Notes: a model not told the origin generated them from the letters alone. Positions 31,853-41,874 are shown, counted from the first letter of the stretch. The stretch: 64,000 nucleotides of DNA from Nitrosopumilaceae archaeon (GCA_965207375.1 OZ242274.1:544001-608000), one strand, 5' to 3'. Numbers and translations are program-made.

Positions 31853-32328
31853 ATTTTCTTGGAAATATGATAGGAAAAGCGTGTCAAGTTTTGTTGCCCA
31901 TACATGAGGAAATTTATCTGGGAAATCCAAATTCATCTGTTGCAATTTGTACATTATCTAGCATTTCTATGCTAAAAAAACTGTCAAATTCCAAAGTCAT
32001 GGAAAATGTTTTCCTTGCAGGCAGGCTCTTATCTGAAAACCAAGGCATTGATTCTCTAGTCCAAAGTGTAATACAAAATTCAAAAATTTCTACGGTTGTC
32101 ATTTGTGGCAAGGAGGTATGGGGCCACAAAGCAGGCCACGCATTACTTTCATTGTACAATAATGGAATTTCAACTGATGGAAGAATAATTGACTGTCACA
32201 GTCCTGATCCGACACTGACTGCAACTGTTCATGACATTGAACAGTTTCAAAAGCAAATTACAATAATTGATAAAATTGGACAAGATGATCCAAAAGAGAT
32301 CATACGTCTTGTACAAACACTGACATGA
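31849..32328 (+). CDS. MtrA-like corrinoid-binding protein (soluble)
   Basis: GNPNSSVAICTL, ENQGID and CGKEVWGHKAG match MtrA; no C-terminal TM anchor. Confidence 0.8.
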   Translation: MNFLGNMIGKACQVLLPIHEEIYLGNPNSSVAICTLSSISMLKKLSNSKVMENVFLAGRLLSENQGIDSLVQSVIQNSKISTVVICGKEVWGHKAGHALLSLYNNGISTDGRIIDCHSPDPTLTATVHDIEQFQKQITIIDKIGQDDPKEIIRLVQTLT

Positions 32329-32504
32329 AAATTAATTCGTAATTGGACAATTCTTGCAATTTTCATCTGATATGCTGTTCCACCAAATAGTGTGATCCGT
32401 GTTTAATGAAAATGCGTGGTGCGGACTGCAAAATTGAGACCACTCAAATGGAAACAAATTTCTGATAGGCGGTGTACTACAAGTCCCAAAAAAGAACTAG
32501 ATAT

Positions 32505-34153
32505 GTAACAGATCGACTTTCTGAAGTTGTCTAGAAAATCGATCTGACAGCAGAAATTATTACTGACATGTCAATATACTTGAGTATTGTACCCGTATCA
32601 AAACATCAGATGAAACAGTATCTTTTACTATAAGGAAATATCTAGGCAGCAGCTGCTAGTACCGGCAGTTGTGGTTTTACACACACGGGAAGACATGCCA
32701 CAGGCATTGGTATGTCAGTAACCTTGCCATCAAGAAAATCCTTAAAGAATCGATACGGATTGATTCTGCGTACATTGCAGGTGGCATAGATTGTGGCAAG
32801 CGTTTCTGTAGTTTCTAGGCCTCTCTTAGATCTATTTCCGTACAGTATTTTGCGCATCAGAGCCACACCTCGTAGCGCCCTCTCGCTGGTATTGTTGTGA
32901 TATTCAACATTAGGATGACGCAAGAATGTAAGTAGTTGATTTCTTTCTCTCTTGAGCCGCTTGGCATATCGCTTACAATCCTTGTCAGAATATTGCTGCT
33001 CTGCAAGCGTATCTATTCTGTTCTGTAACGAATCTATCAGCTCTGATGATATGTCCTTTTCATCCCATGCATCCTGTGCACTCTTGAATATGTTGTGCAA
33101 CTCTTCAAATAATTTCTTAAACTCGTCACTATCAGTGCAGTCTTTGGTGCGATACATGTCGCGATGATAATGTAACAGACATCTCTGCTGCTCTTTACCG
33201 AGATCGTTCCATCCCGGATAAGAATCTGAATTCGTAATTCCGTCAAATTCGCCCAGTATTGCCTCTGCTACCAGCTTGCTGCGGGTAGGTGCTATGTGGA
33301 ACAATCGAATGTATTGAGATGCAAATACCCACACCCAGAACCTTTTCTCGTCAAGGTGCCAACCCGTCTCGTCTCCGTATATCACGCCTGCCTTGATTAG
33401 ATCCTCAAGCAGAGAATCATACAATGGTCTGCACATATCCGATACCTTGTGACACATTTTGACTAGAGTTGAATCAGGTATGTGTTTTCCATACATCATA
33501 GATATGATGAGACGTATCTTTTCAAAGGATATTGACATGTTTCGTAACACTACGACCATGGCCATTATGTTATTGCCATAGTGCTCGTTTGAGAGTACCT
33601 CAGGCACGTGTGCAAATTGTTGAAATTTACAGTTTTTGCAGTAACGACGCATGATCGTCCATTGGGTACTGCACCATCTTCCGTCTACAACATCCTCAAT
33701 GGTTCTGGTGTACGAATTTGCAGATTCAGACAGTATATTGCCGCAGTTTGTACAGTGCAGCATGTCTGCTGTTTTCTTTCTTGTATCTGGACTGGTCTCA
33801 TATGTTTTCTTTCTCTCAGGTCTGGTTTCTGTATGCGGGTATTCCTTGAACTCTCTTTTGTTATAGCTACGTAATTTGCCTGATTTGTGCCGTTTGGTCT
33901 TTAGTTTTAAATTCTCTTCTTCTAGCTGTTTTATTTTGTCTTTTAGCTGTGTGTTTCTTTTATCTCCGTATTCTTCTTTTCTACAGCATCAAATCTTTTG
34001 TTGAAAAATTCTAATATTTTGATAACATCTGGGTTATTCCAATCAACATCGGTAATCTCAAATCCCGAAATCAACGATTTATGTTATGAATACGTGATCA
34101 ATATGTCTTGCTATTTTGCTTTATAAGAGAACTTCAGAAAGTCGAGGTGTTAC
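32505..34153 (-). mobile_element. IS66-family element (single-ORF type)
   Basis: TIRs GTAACAGATCGACTTTCTGAAGTT and AACTTCAGAAAGTCGAGGTGTTAC; 8-bp TSD CTAGATAT. Confidence 0.93.
32642..34073 (-). pseudogene. IS66 transposase; 373-aa core open, N-terminal coiled coil frameshifted
   Basis: CxxC..CxxC finger, GDETGW, SDSY and NNTSERALR. The upstream DWNNPDV/coiled-coil part lies in other frames. Confidence 0.85.
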
Positions 34154-34217
34154 CTAGATATCCATTGATGGGAAGATAACCCGTCTGGTTAAAGTTTAGT
34201 ACACCGCGTCCTGCATA

Positions 34218-34249
34218 GTAATCACAAAAAAGAATGAAACGTTTTCTGA
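34218..34249. repeat. Solo IS630 terminal repeat
   Basis: TA-GTAATCACAAAAAAGAATGAAACGTTTTCTGA matches the reverse complement of the IS630 right end (7919-7950). Confidence 0.75.
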
Positions 34250-34316
34250 TTCCATCTGCTCTCTTAGATTTTAACTATCTATAAATAATCTTGCTTTGGC
34301 AATTACCATAATAACT

Positions 34317-35096
34317 ATGAAAAATCTGCAATACACAATCCCGTTTTTGACACTGATTCTACTAGTTCCAGGAACTGCTTTTGGACAAAATGCTGACAAA
34401 TACTCGCTGGATGAAATTAACAGTGCATTTGAAAATACGGAAAACTATGTAACATATACAGATAAGAAAAATCAAATGAAAATCGATGTTGCATCAATGA
34501 AATCAGATGGAATTGATAAAAAAGATATTAAGATAATAAAACAATATGCCAAGGTACATAACAAGATCATGAAATCTTTTCTAAACCATGGTAACATGAC
34601 GGCTGTTGTAGATTATGCAAAAACCGGAAAGTTCAGTCAATTATTCACGCCAACTGAATTACCAATAACTGGACAGAGCCACCAGAATACTGACTATCTA
34701 AGCCTATATGCATGTGGCATTTGGGCGTGGCAATCTCACACCGAACCTCCCGTCCTTGTTGGAAAACAGGGTTATTCCTCACTTTCTGCTATTCAAAAGG
34801 CAATAGTAAGTGACGGTTATCATCAGGTACAGCAACCTTGGGCAGATAAACGTGATGTAGGTTATACATATGCAAAAATAAACCCTATAGGTATAGGAGG
34901 ATGTAATGGCGGCGAGTTTAGAGACGAAAATCATATTTATTCCCCAGATGCAATACACGAGGATGGTAAAGGCAATATCTTAACTGACTGGCATTCATTA
35001 ACCCAGTTTAACTAACCAAATCCTGAATTAGATGACTATGTTACACCTACGCTTTGGTGGGATGTATATGTTGCCCTGTGGCATTATTCTGGCTGA
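34317..35096 (+). pseudogene. Secreted pre-pro-protein with a premature TAA at 35013
   Basis: Signal peptide; the frame continues after the stop (QFN*PNPELDDYVTPTLWWDVYVALWHYSG*) to within 9 bp of the next gene. Confidence 0.7.
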
Positions 35097-35105
35097 CCTT
35101 GTATT

Positions 35106-35333
35106 ATGATCAAAAAATATATCATCATAGGTGCACTAATACTAACACTGTTGATTGTTCTACTTGTGGTAATTCCCACAGTATTTTACAAGACATGGGG
35201 CAATAATGAAATGGATTATTATGTACCCAATGACAATTTCATGGCAATATGTGACGAGGTGTTGTGGCAGCCTCCTACCAACTGCCAGACTTGGGTAAAG
35301 GTTGAATATGCAAAAGATAATTTTGGTAACTGA
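35106..35333 (+). CDS. Small membrane-anchored protein, probably 3'-truncated by an IS end
   Basis: MIKK plus a hydrophobic helix and two Cys. The stop codon lies inside GTAACTGATCG at 35326. Confidence 0.6.
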   Translation: MIKKYIIIGALILTLLIVLLVVIPTVFYKTWGNNEMDYYVPNDNFMAICDEVLWQPPTNCQTWVKVEYAKDNFGN

Positions 35334-35693
35334 TCGATTTGTAGAGTAATAATCTAGGCGTGCAAAAATCCTCATTGTTCAAAATATATGACATGATATT
35401 GCACATTCTGCATTATTTCATAGAATCATTGTAATACCCAAGGCTTGACTGTATCATGGCACCAGAAATCTCTTTTATGTCTAGTTGCTAGTTTGATACA
35501 ATGCTCCTTGATTGGCGGTGCCTCTGGTGATTTCGTTTAGCTGTTCGTTGTCACGTTCTACGCGTTCAAACCGTCCTATGACGTACTTCGTATAATTTCA
35601 CCACATCTGGGTTGTTCCAATCATAATACGGCACATGGATACTTGTTCACGTAATAGTTAATTTGTACCCAAATGGTTCTAATTGCAAATTAC
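35326..35693 (-). mobile_element. Internally deleted IS66-related remnant
   Basis: Left end GTAACTGATCGATTT, right end ...AAATTAC. Encodes YDWNNPDVVK, homologous to the IS66 N-terminus near 34040. Confidence 0.6.
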
Positions 35694-35702
35694 GCCCGTA
35701 GA

Positions 35703-37466
35703 TTATTCTCCATCATCTGCATCTCCACGCCTAAGATCTCCTATGCCATACTCTTCAATAATTGCATCTCTTTGCTCATCAAGAGAACTGATCTCTTCGG
35801 CCTCTCTCTTTTCATCGCCTTGGTATACCGTACGTATTGGCCACGGGATTCGAATGTCGTTCTTTTTGAATTCATCATAAATGTACATCAGCATGTCTGT
35901 TTTGATCTTGTACTGGGAACCATAGTCTCGAACATACACCCATAAGGTAAAATCCAAAGATGAATCATTGAATCTATTAAAACGAACCACAGGTTGACTA
36001 ATATCTGAGTGTATGTCTTTGTCGCATCCGCAACTTGGTTTGTTATTATCTAGATACGGACATCTGATCTGTCTTACAACGTGCCTGCCCTTGCCGTCAG
36101 TAACCTGTACCATGGCTTTTTTTCCAACCTTGACCAAAATAGCTGCCACCTGTCTTGGATTATTCAAATATGAAACTCCTACCTCTACAACGGCTGGCAC
36201 CATCTTGATCTCCTTTGAATAATTAATTATCTGCGCATTAACTAGCTGTCTTGTAGGAATTATGGCAAAAGATTCGTTTAATGCATCTCGAAGATATGTA
36301 ACCCTTGGCGTAATTTTGTGTACATAGCCGTTGTATCCTGTATCTAGCTTTATTCGATCGCCTTCGACAAATATTTTGTCCTTTCTAATTAATATATACG
36401 CAAAATAATTCTGCATAGTTTCTTGTAATGCAAAACCTATACCTATTGCCAATCCACCTGTAGCGGTTGCAAGAACAACAAGATCGACTCCCCACCAGCT
36501 GACTACTCCGATTAACACCCCAATGAAAATTCCCAACGGCAAAATCTGGGAAATCGATTTTGGCAAATCCTGGCGTTTTCTGTGCGCGTTTCCTGGAGGT
36601 CGTGCCCCTGCAAGAATGGCTTCAAAACCACCCATTCTTTTTTCTTCCCGCCAAATATCAATAGGATAGATCTCTTCGGGCTCCTGACCTGTTTTCAGTT
36701 TTTTTCCTGCCTGATTTTTACCTGAGACACAGCTTTGAAAATAATCTTCATACTTTTTTCTTTCATTTTTCTTCCAGTCTTCAAATGGATTCTTTATGAG
36801 TGCCTCGTAACTTCCGATGGGAATTCCTTTTGTGGTTCTATATCCTTCTAAATACATTCTGCCCTCCTCGGTTTTCCTCTTTTCCTCAAACTCCTCCTCG
36901 GACATATCTTCAGGTGCCTGCGTTGGCGCAACCCACTTGAAAAATTTATGAAATACATCTCCTACATCGTCATGAAATCCTCTTAATTCCTTCCATGCCT
37001 CAAAGTCTTCTTTTTCTAGTACCGCCTTTGCCCTTTTTGTCAGTATTATGGGAATCAAATGCGCAACAGCATATCCTACAACAAGAATATTTATGGTGTT
37101 TAGAATCTTTGCAAATGTTTCACCTGCCGTCATCTGTTCACTATACATTGCTGCAATCCGTTCTACTTCATCATCAAATAATTCAAAGGTTTGAATATAC
37201 GCATTAGTAGATGAAACCAACACTATGGCAAAGAACGGCAATATTGCAACCCTGACAAGCCTAGATAAGTGTGGCCTGTGATAATAGAATTTTTGCGTCT
37301 TGACCCAGTTAGAAAATTTGTAATAACCTAAAACGATACCTACTATTCCAATTACTAGTACTATAAATGCGATTTGTAGCGACGTTGATGAGGACAACAA
37401 TTGTGAAAGTGTATCAAACTGCCCAACCTGACTTGATACTGCATCTATAATCTCTTCTTCTGCCAT
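35703..37466 (-). CDS. MscS-family mechanosensitive channel with large insertion
   Basis: GIGFALQETMQNYFA, GDRI, IINYS, GVSY and IRIPWP motifs. Confidence 0.88.
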   Translation of the reverse strand: MAEEEIIDAVSSQVGQFDTLSQLLSSSTSLQIAFIVLVIGIVGIVLGYYKFSNWVKTQKFYYHRPHLSRLVRVAILPFFAIVLVSSTNAYIQTFELFDDEVERIAAMYSEQMTAGETFAKILNTINILVVGYAVAHLIPIILTKRAKAVLEKEDFEAWKELRGFHDDVGDVFHKFFKWVAPTQAPEDMSEEEFEEKRKTEEGRMYLEGYRTTKGIPIGSYEALIKNPFEDWKKNERKKYEDYFQSCVSGKNQAGKKLKTGQEPEEIYPIDIWREEKRMGGFEAILAGARPPGNAHRKRQDLPKSISQILPLGIFIGVLIGVVSWWGVDLVVLATATGGLAIGIGFALQETMQNYFAYILIRKDKIFVEGDRIKLDTGYNGYVHKITPRVTYLRDALNESFAIIPTRQLVNAQIINYSKEIKMVPAVVEVGVSYLNNPRQVAAILVKVGKKAMVQVTDGKGRHVVRQIRCPYLDNNKPSCGCDKDIHSDISQPVVRFNRFNDSSLDFTLWVYVRDYGSQYKIKTDMLMYIYDEFKKNDIRIPWPIRTVYQGDEKREAEEISSLDEQRDAIIEEYGIGDLRRGDADDGE

Positions 37467-37770
37467 GCCTACATCTTTGGCAAAAGTTAGGTATCTTGGT
37501 TAATAATTGTTGTATGATATCATATTTTTTATCAATTTTTGTAAAAAATTATCTTAAAAAACGGCTATTTGTACCCGGGTATCGGCACCTGTGGATTTGT
37601 TCCTTGTACTATTGCCTGATGCAGGCAGGATATGCACAAATATTGTTGATTGTTCAGGCACAAATTGTCATACCTGATATGCCAAATCAGGCACAAAATA
37701 CTGAGGCCATCTAGATGTGTATTGCCCACTGCTTGTAACATTTAACAAGGACTGTAGCTAAATCTATGAA

Positions 37771-39123
37771 TTGAGCTTGGAAACTGCATGGGATGATTCC
37801 CCGTCACTGAAATCATACACACTGAATAATTTCAGGTCCTTGCCCCAAATTCAAAATATTTCTGAGGACAAACAATTTGAAATGGAGGTTGTTGGAAACG
37901 TCTTGCCATTTAAAGCAAATAACTATGTAGTAGAACAGTTAATTGACTGGAATAACATACCAAACGACCCAATGTTTGTTCTGACATTTCCACAGCGAGG
38001 AATGTTAAAACCAAAACATTACCAACAAATGGAGGAAACTCTGAAAAAAGGCGCAGATAAATCTGAAATTGCCAAAGTAGCAAATGAAATCCGCCTGCAA
38101 TTAAATCCGCATCCCGCAGGACAAATGGAATTAAACGTTCCAGTCTTGTCTGATGGAACAAAACTATACGGAATGCAACACAAATACAAAGAAACCTGCC
38201 TTTTCTTTCCTAGTCAGAGTCAGACCTGCCATGCATATTGTAGTTTCTGTTTTAGATGGCCGCAGTTTGTGGGAATGGATGAAATGAAATTTGCAATGAA
38301 GGAAAGCGAATCCTTAATTCAATATGTAAGTGAACATCCTGAAATTACCGATATACTATTCACCGGAGGTGATCCGATGATCATGAAGGCAAAAATTTTC
38401 AAAACATATGTTGATTCGTTATTGTCTGCAGATTTGCCCAATCTGAAAACCATTAGAATTGGAACCAAATCTCTGGCCTATTGGCCCTACAAATTTTTGA
38501 CAGATGCCGATGCAAACGATATGCTAGAAACATTTGCAGATGTGACCGGCAAAGGACTTCATCTAGCGTTTATGGCCCACTTTAATCATATTGCAGAGCT
38601 GTCAACTGGCCCCGTAAAAGATGCAATAAGGCAGGTCAAAAAAACGGGCGCTGAAATCCGGACACAATCCCCGTTACTTGCACACATTAACGATGATGCA
38701 GACATGTGGGCACAAATGTGGAGAAAACAGGTTCAACTCGGCTGTATTCCATATTACATGTTTGTAGTACGGGATACGGGCGCACAACATTATTTTGGAG
38801 TTTCACTAACAAAGGCGTATGAGATTTTTAAAAGTGCATACATGCAAACAAGCGGCCTGTGCCGTACGGTAAGGGGTCCTAGCATGTCTGCTACCCCCGG
38901 CAAGGTGCTAGTTGACGGCATATCCACAATTAATAACAAAAAGGTAATCTCACTTCGATTTTTACAGGGAAGAAACCCACAATGGGTTCAAAAGCCGTTT
39001 TTTGCCCAATATGATGATACGGCAATATGGCTAGACGATCTAAGGCCTGCATTTGAAGATCGGTTCTTTTTTGAAGATGAATTACACCAAAAATACGGCC
39101 AGGCAAAAACTCTAGCAAAATAA
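37771..39123 (+). CDS. KamA-family (lysine 2,3-aminomutase-like) radical SAM protein
   Basis: HKYKET, CHAYCSFCFR, TGGDPM, HFNH, PYYMF and TPGK (PLP lysine). Confidence 0.88.
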   Translation: MSLETAWDDSPSLKSYTLNNFRSLPQIQNISEDKQFEMEVVGNVLPFKANNYVVEQLIDWNNIPNDPMFVLTFPQRGMLKPKHYQQMEETLKKGADKSEIAKVANEIRLQLNPHPAGQMELNVPVLSDGTKLYGMQHKYKETCLFFPSQSQTCHAYCSFCFRWPQFVGMDEMKFAMKESESLIQYVSEHPEITDILFTGGDPMIMKAKIFKTYVDSLLSADLPNLKTIRIGTKSLAYWPYKFLTDADANDMLETFADVTGKGLHLAFMAHFNHIAELSTGPVKDAIRQVKKTGAEIRTQSPLLAHINDDADMWAQMWRKQVQLGCIPYYMFVVRDTGAQHYFGVSLTKAYEIFKSAYMQTSGLCRTVRGPSMSATPGKVLVDGISTINNKKVISLRFLQGRNPQWVQKPFFAQYDDTAIWLDDLRPAFEDRFFFEDELHQKYGQAKTLAK

Positions 39124-39198
39124 TAATTTTTACTCTTAACCATCTAGCTAAAACAATCTCACTTATCATTATTTAGTAAATTAAAACCGATAAATAGC

Positions 39199-40644
39199 AT
39201 GGATGCAAGTACAGTCCTAAAAACCATTGAGGATAAAAATATAACATTTATAGATTTCTGGTTTGTCGATATTTTCGGCGAATTACACCGAATGGGCATG
39301 CCAAGCTATGCCATTGACGAATCTAGTTTTACAAACGGCCTTGAAAAACTAGATGGAAGCTCAATTGCTGGCTTTAAATCAATAAACCAATCAGACATGA
39401 TTTTAAAACCCGATCCATCATCATTTCGAATTTTACCTCCAGACTATGATAACGGTCACAGAATAAATGCAAGAATCATCTGTGATTTGTATGAGGGAAA
39501 TACAACAGAGGAATCCCGCTATAACAGGGACTCGAGAGGAATATCCTACAAGGCCGCATCCAAGCTAAATGATTTTGGCTTTACCCATACAAACTGGGGA
39601 CCCGAGGTTGAATTCTTTGTTTTTGATAATATCAACGTCTATCCCTCCCCCTATGCTGCAACACACTCTGGAGGCGGCTCTGGATATTCAATTGAATCCA
39701 AGGAATCTCCCTGGGCAAAAGGCAACATAAGCACAGCCATAGATTTCAAAGAGGGATATTATCCGTCACAACCAAAAGACACCCTTGAAACCTTTAGAAA
39801 GGACGTCTGTGACGATCTGTACAAATATTTTGGAATTAAAATTGAGGCAGAACATCACGAGGTAGCAACATCTGGACAATGTGAAATTAACCTTGTTTAT
39901 GACGACATGTTAAACATGGGTGATAATGTAATTACAGTAAAAAATGTTGTAAAGGTAAAGGCAAAACGGCAAAACAAGGTTGCCACCTTTATGCCAAAAC
40001 CAATATTTGGAGATAATGCATCTGCAATGCACACACATCAGAGCTTGTGGAACGACAATACAAACGCAATGTATGATCCTGATGATGATGTGGCACAACT
40101 AAGTCAGGTTGGAAGGTATTATGTGGGTGGATTACTTGATCATGCATCTGCGCTATGTGCAATATCTAATCCTACTACCAACTCTTACAAACGACTAGTT
40201 CCAGGATTTGAGGCTCCAGTTAACATGTGTTGGGGCATTGGAAACAGGTCTGCTGCAATTCGAGTTCCAATGTATTATCGTAATCAGGAAAAAAGCAAGC
40301 GAATTGAATATCGGGTTCCAGATCCGACTGCAAACATCTATTTGCTAGAGGCAGCACTGCTTTTAGCCGGATTGGATGGAATAAAGCAAAAACTTGATCC
40401 CGGTGATCCCGTAAAAGAAAATGTATACAAATTAACTAGTGAAAAGAAAAGAGAATACAGAATTGGCTCACTGCCTGTCTCGTTAAAGGGAGCACTAGAC
40501 GCCTTGAACAGTGATCAGGATTTCCTATCAGAGGTATTTACCGTTGATTTTCTAGATATCTACAAGGAATTAAAGCAAAAAGAATATGTCGCATTTGCAC
40601 AAACTCCCACCCCTTGGGAAGTTTCAATGTATACTGATTCTTAA
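39199..40644 (+). CDS. glnA: Glutamine synthetase type I
   Basis: DGSSI, GPEVEF, HHEVA, TFMPKP, NSYKRLVPG and RIEYRVPD motifs. Confidence 0.96.
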   Translation: MDASTVLKTIEDKNITFIDFWFVDIFGELHRMGMPSYAIDESSFTNGLEKLDGSSIAGFKSINQSDMILKPDPSSFRILPPDYDNGHRINARIICDLYEGNTTEESRYNRDSRGISYKAASKLNDFGFTHTNWGPEVEFFVFDNINVYPSPYAATHSGGGSGYSIESKESPWAKGNISTAIDFKEGYYPSQPKDTLETFRKDVCDDLYKYFGIKIEAEHHEVATSGQCEINLVYDDMLNMGDNVITVKNVVKVKAKRQNKVATFMPKPIFGDNASAMHTHQSLWNDNTNAMYDPDDDVAQLSQVGRYYVGGLLDHASALCAISNPTTNSYKRLVPGFEAPVNMCWGIGNRSAAIRVPMYYRNQEKSKRIEYRVPDPTANIYLLEAALLLAGLDGIKQKLDPGDPVKENVYKLTSEKKREYRIGSLPVSLKGALDALNSDQDFLSEVFTVDFLDIYKELKQKEYVAFAQTPTPWEVSMYTDS

Positions 40645-40686
40645 ACTGGTACAACTATCAATACGACCCAACATTGCACTGTTACT

Positions 40687-40776
40687 ATATCTGTTAATGT
40701 GGTTTTGAAATTATGTAGGTTTTAGGCACAAGTTTGCAATACCATAAAAAATACCAGGCAGAACGATAACAATTAC
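40687..40776. mobile_element. ~90-bp MITE related to the 101-bp MITE
   Basis: Starts ATATCTGTTAATGTGGTTTTGAA and ends ATAACAATTAC. Its 3' ~59 bp recur at 42426-42483. Confidence 0.65.
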
Positions 40777-40800
40777 CAAATTATAGATTTACAAAATCAA

Positions 40801-40935
40801 CAATAATTTCTGCTTTAGGTCGATTTTTTAGGCAACTTAAGAAAGTCGATCTGTTACGATTTATGTTATGATTACGTGATCAATATGTCTTGCTATTTTA
40901 CTTTATAAGAAAACTTCAGAAAGTCAAAGTGTTAC
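40801..40935. mobile_element. Two abutting IS66 ends
   Basis: 40801-40857 is the reverse complement of the 32505 end; 40858-40935 matches 34077-34153. Confidence 0.85.
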
Positions 40936-40945
40936 ATCGAATGAT

Positions 40946-41755
40946 TTATTCGGTGACTCTTATTGAAGCATACACCTTATTTCCAGAATCTGACTCTGTT
41001 GAAGTACATACAGTCCATGTGTTTTTTTTGTTGTTGTATCCAAAGTTCCACAAATTGTCATCATAGCAACTGTCAACCCAACTGTTCCCACTCTTTATTG
41101 AGACCCAGCTGTCTGTAGTCACTTCATTCACCGGAGGATGCCCACCCTTATACTGCGTACTTTGATAAGCCGAAAGCCATCCCGGATATGCATGTGATGG
41201 GAGAGTTACGGAAGGGAATGATTTTAGGTCGCCTGAGTTGCTGTTATAATTCATCCAACTGGACATGCACACCAACAGGCCATTCTGACACCAATATTTG
41301 TACTGCGCTCCTACCCTCCAATCATAAGATTGGTGTGAGACATTGGTTACTTTGTCATCTACCTCTTGCTGTCGAAAGCTCTCGAGAAGATTGTCCCACA
41401 TCTCAGGGTTTTCCTCATACAGGTGACGTGGGACTACGCCCGCCTTTAGCATCTCAGATATCATGCTGTTAAGTTTAGATTGCAGCTGCTCCTTTACGGA
41501 TGGATCGGTGGCATCTTCAATTTGCTTAAGAAGGTCGCCCGCCGTTCTGCTTACAGTTTCCTGGTTTGCAGGTAGTGGCATATCGATGGCATCGGTATTC
41601 AGGTTTGATTCTATCTGGCTCTTTATGTCTGCTGGCACATCGGTGTCAGGAAAGAGCTGATCATACAGGCTTTCGGTAGCAATTGCGGATGTAGGTATGA
41701 TGACAGCAACTACCAACAGCATAGAGACGTATAGAACTGTTGTAGTTTTAGTCAT
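40946..41755 (-). CDS. Secreted pre-pro-protein with Cys/Trp-rich C-terminal domain
   Basis: TTATATAA ~28 bp upstream of ATG 41755; signal peptide; acidic helical pro-region; four Cys in the C-domain. Confidence 0.72.
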   Translation of the reverse strand: MTKTTTVLYVSMLLVVAVIIPTSAIATESLYDQLFPDTDVPADIKSQIESNLNTDAIDMPLPANQETVSRTAGDLLKQIEDATDPSVKEQLQSKLNSMISEMLKAGVVPRHLYEENPEMWDNLLESFRQQEVDDKVTNVSHQSYDWRVGAQYKYWCQNGLLVCMSSWMNYNSNSGDLKSFPSVTLPSHAYPGWLSAYQSTQYKGGHPPVNEVTTDSWVSIKSGNSWVDSCYDDNLWNFGYNNKKNTWTVCTSTESDSGNKVYASIRVTE

Positions 41756-41874
41756 TACATACTCTCCCACTTGTGTTATATAAGCAGATATATCCAAATC
41801 TGGAGTGCCTTTTTGGTTGAGGATTATTAGATTCACGCCATGCGGGCCGTGTCTGCCCGTAATTCCAGATATAC

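Larger units (their letters stand above)
32469..34207. mobile_element. Small MITE-like element split by the IS66
   Basis: 11-bp inverted repeat GCGGTGTACTA (32469) and TAGTACACCGC (34197-34207) brackets the IS66 and its TSD. Confidence 0.45.

Noticed and set aside
35013-35015. Possible stop-codon recoding in the secreted protein
   Set aside because: TAA is not a Sec/Pyl codon and no recoding machinery is visible; a nonsense mutation is simpler.
37560-37715. Short inverted repeats (TGCCTG-ATG-CAGGCA, CCTGAT..ATCAGG) and CAGGCACAAA repeats between mscS and the KamA-like gene
   Set aside because: Short and inconsistently spaced; cannot be distinguished from chance without orthologs.
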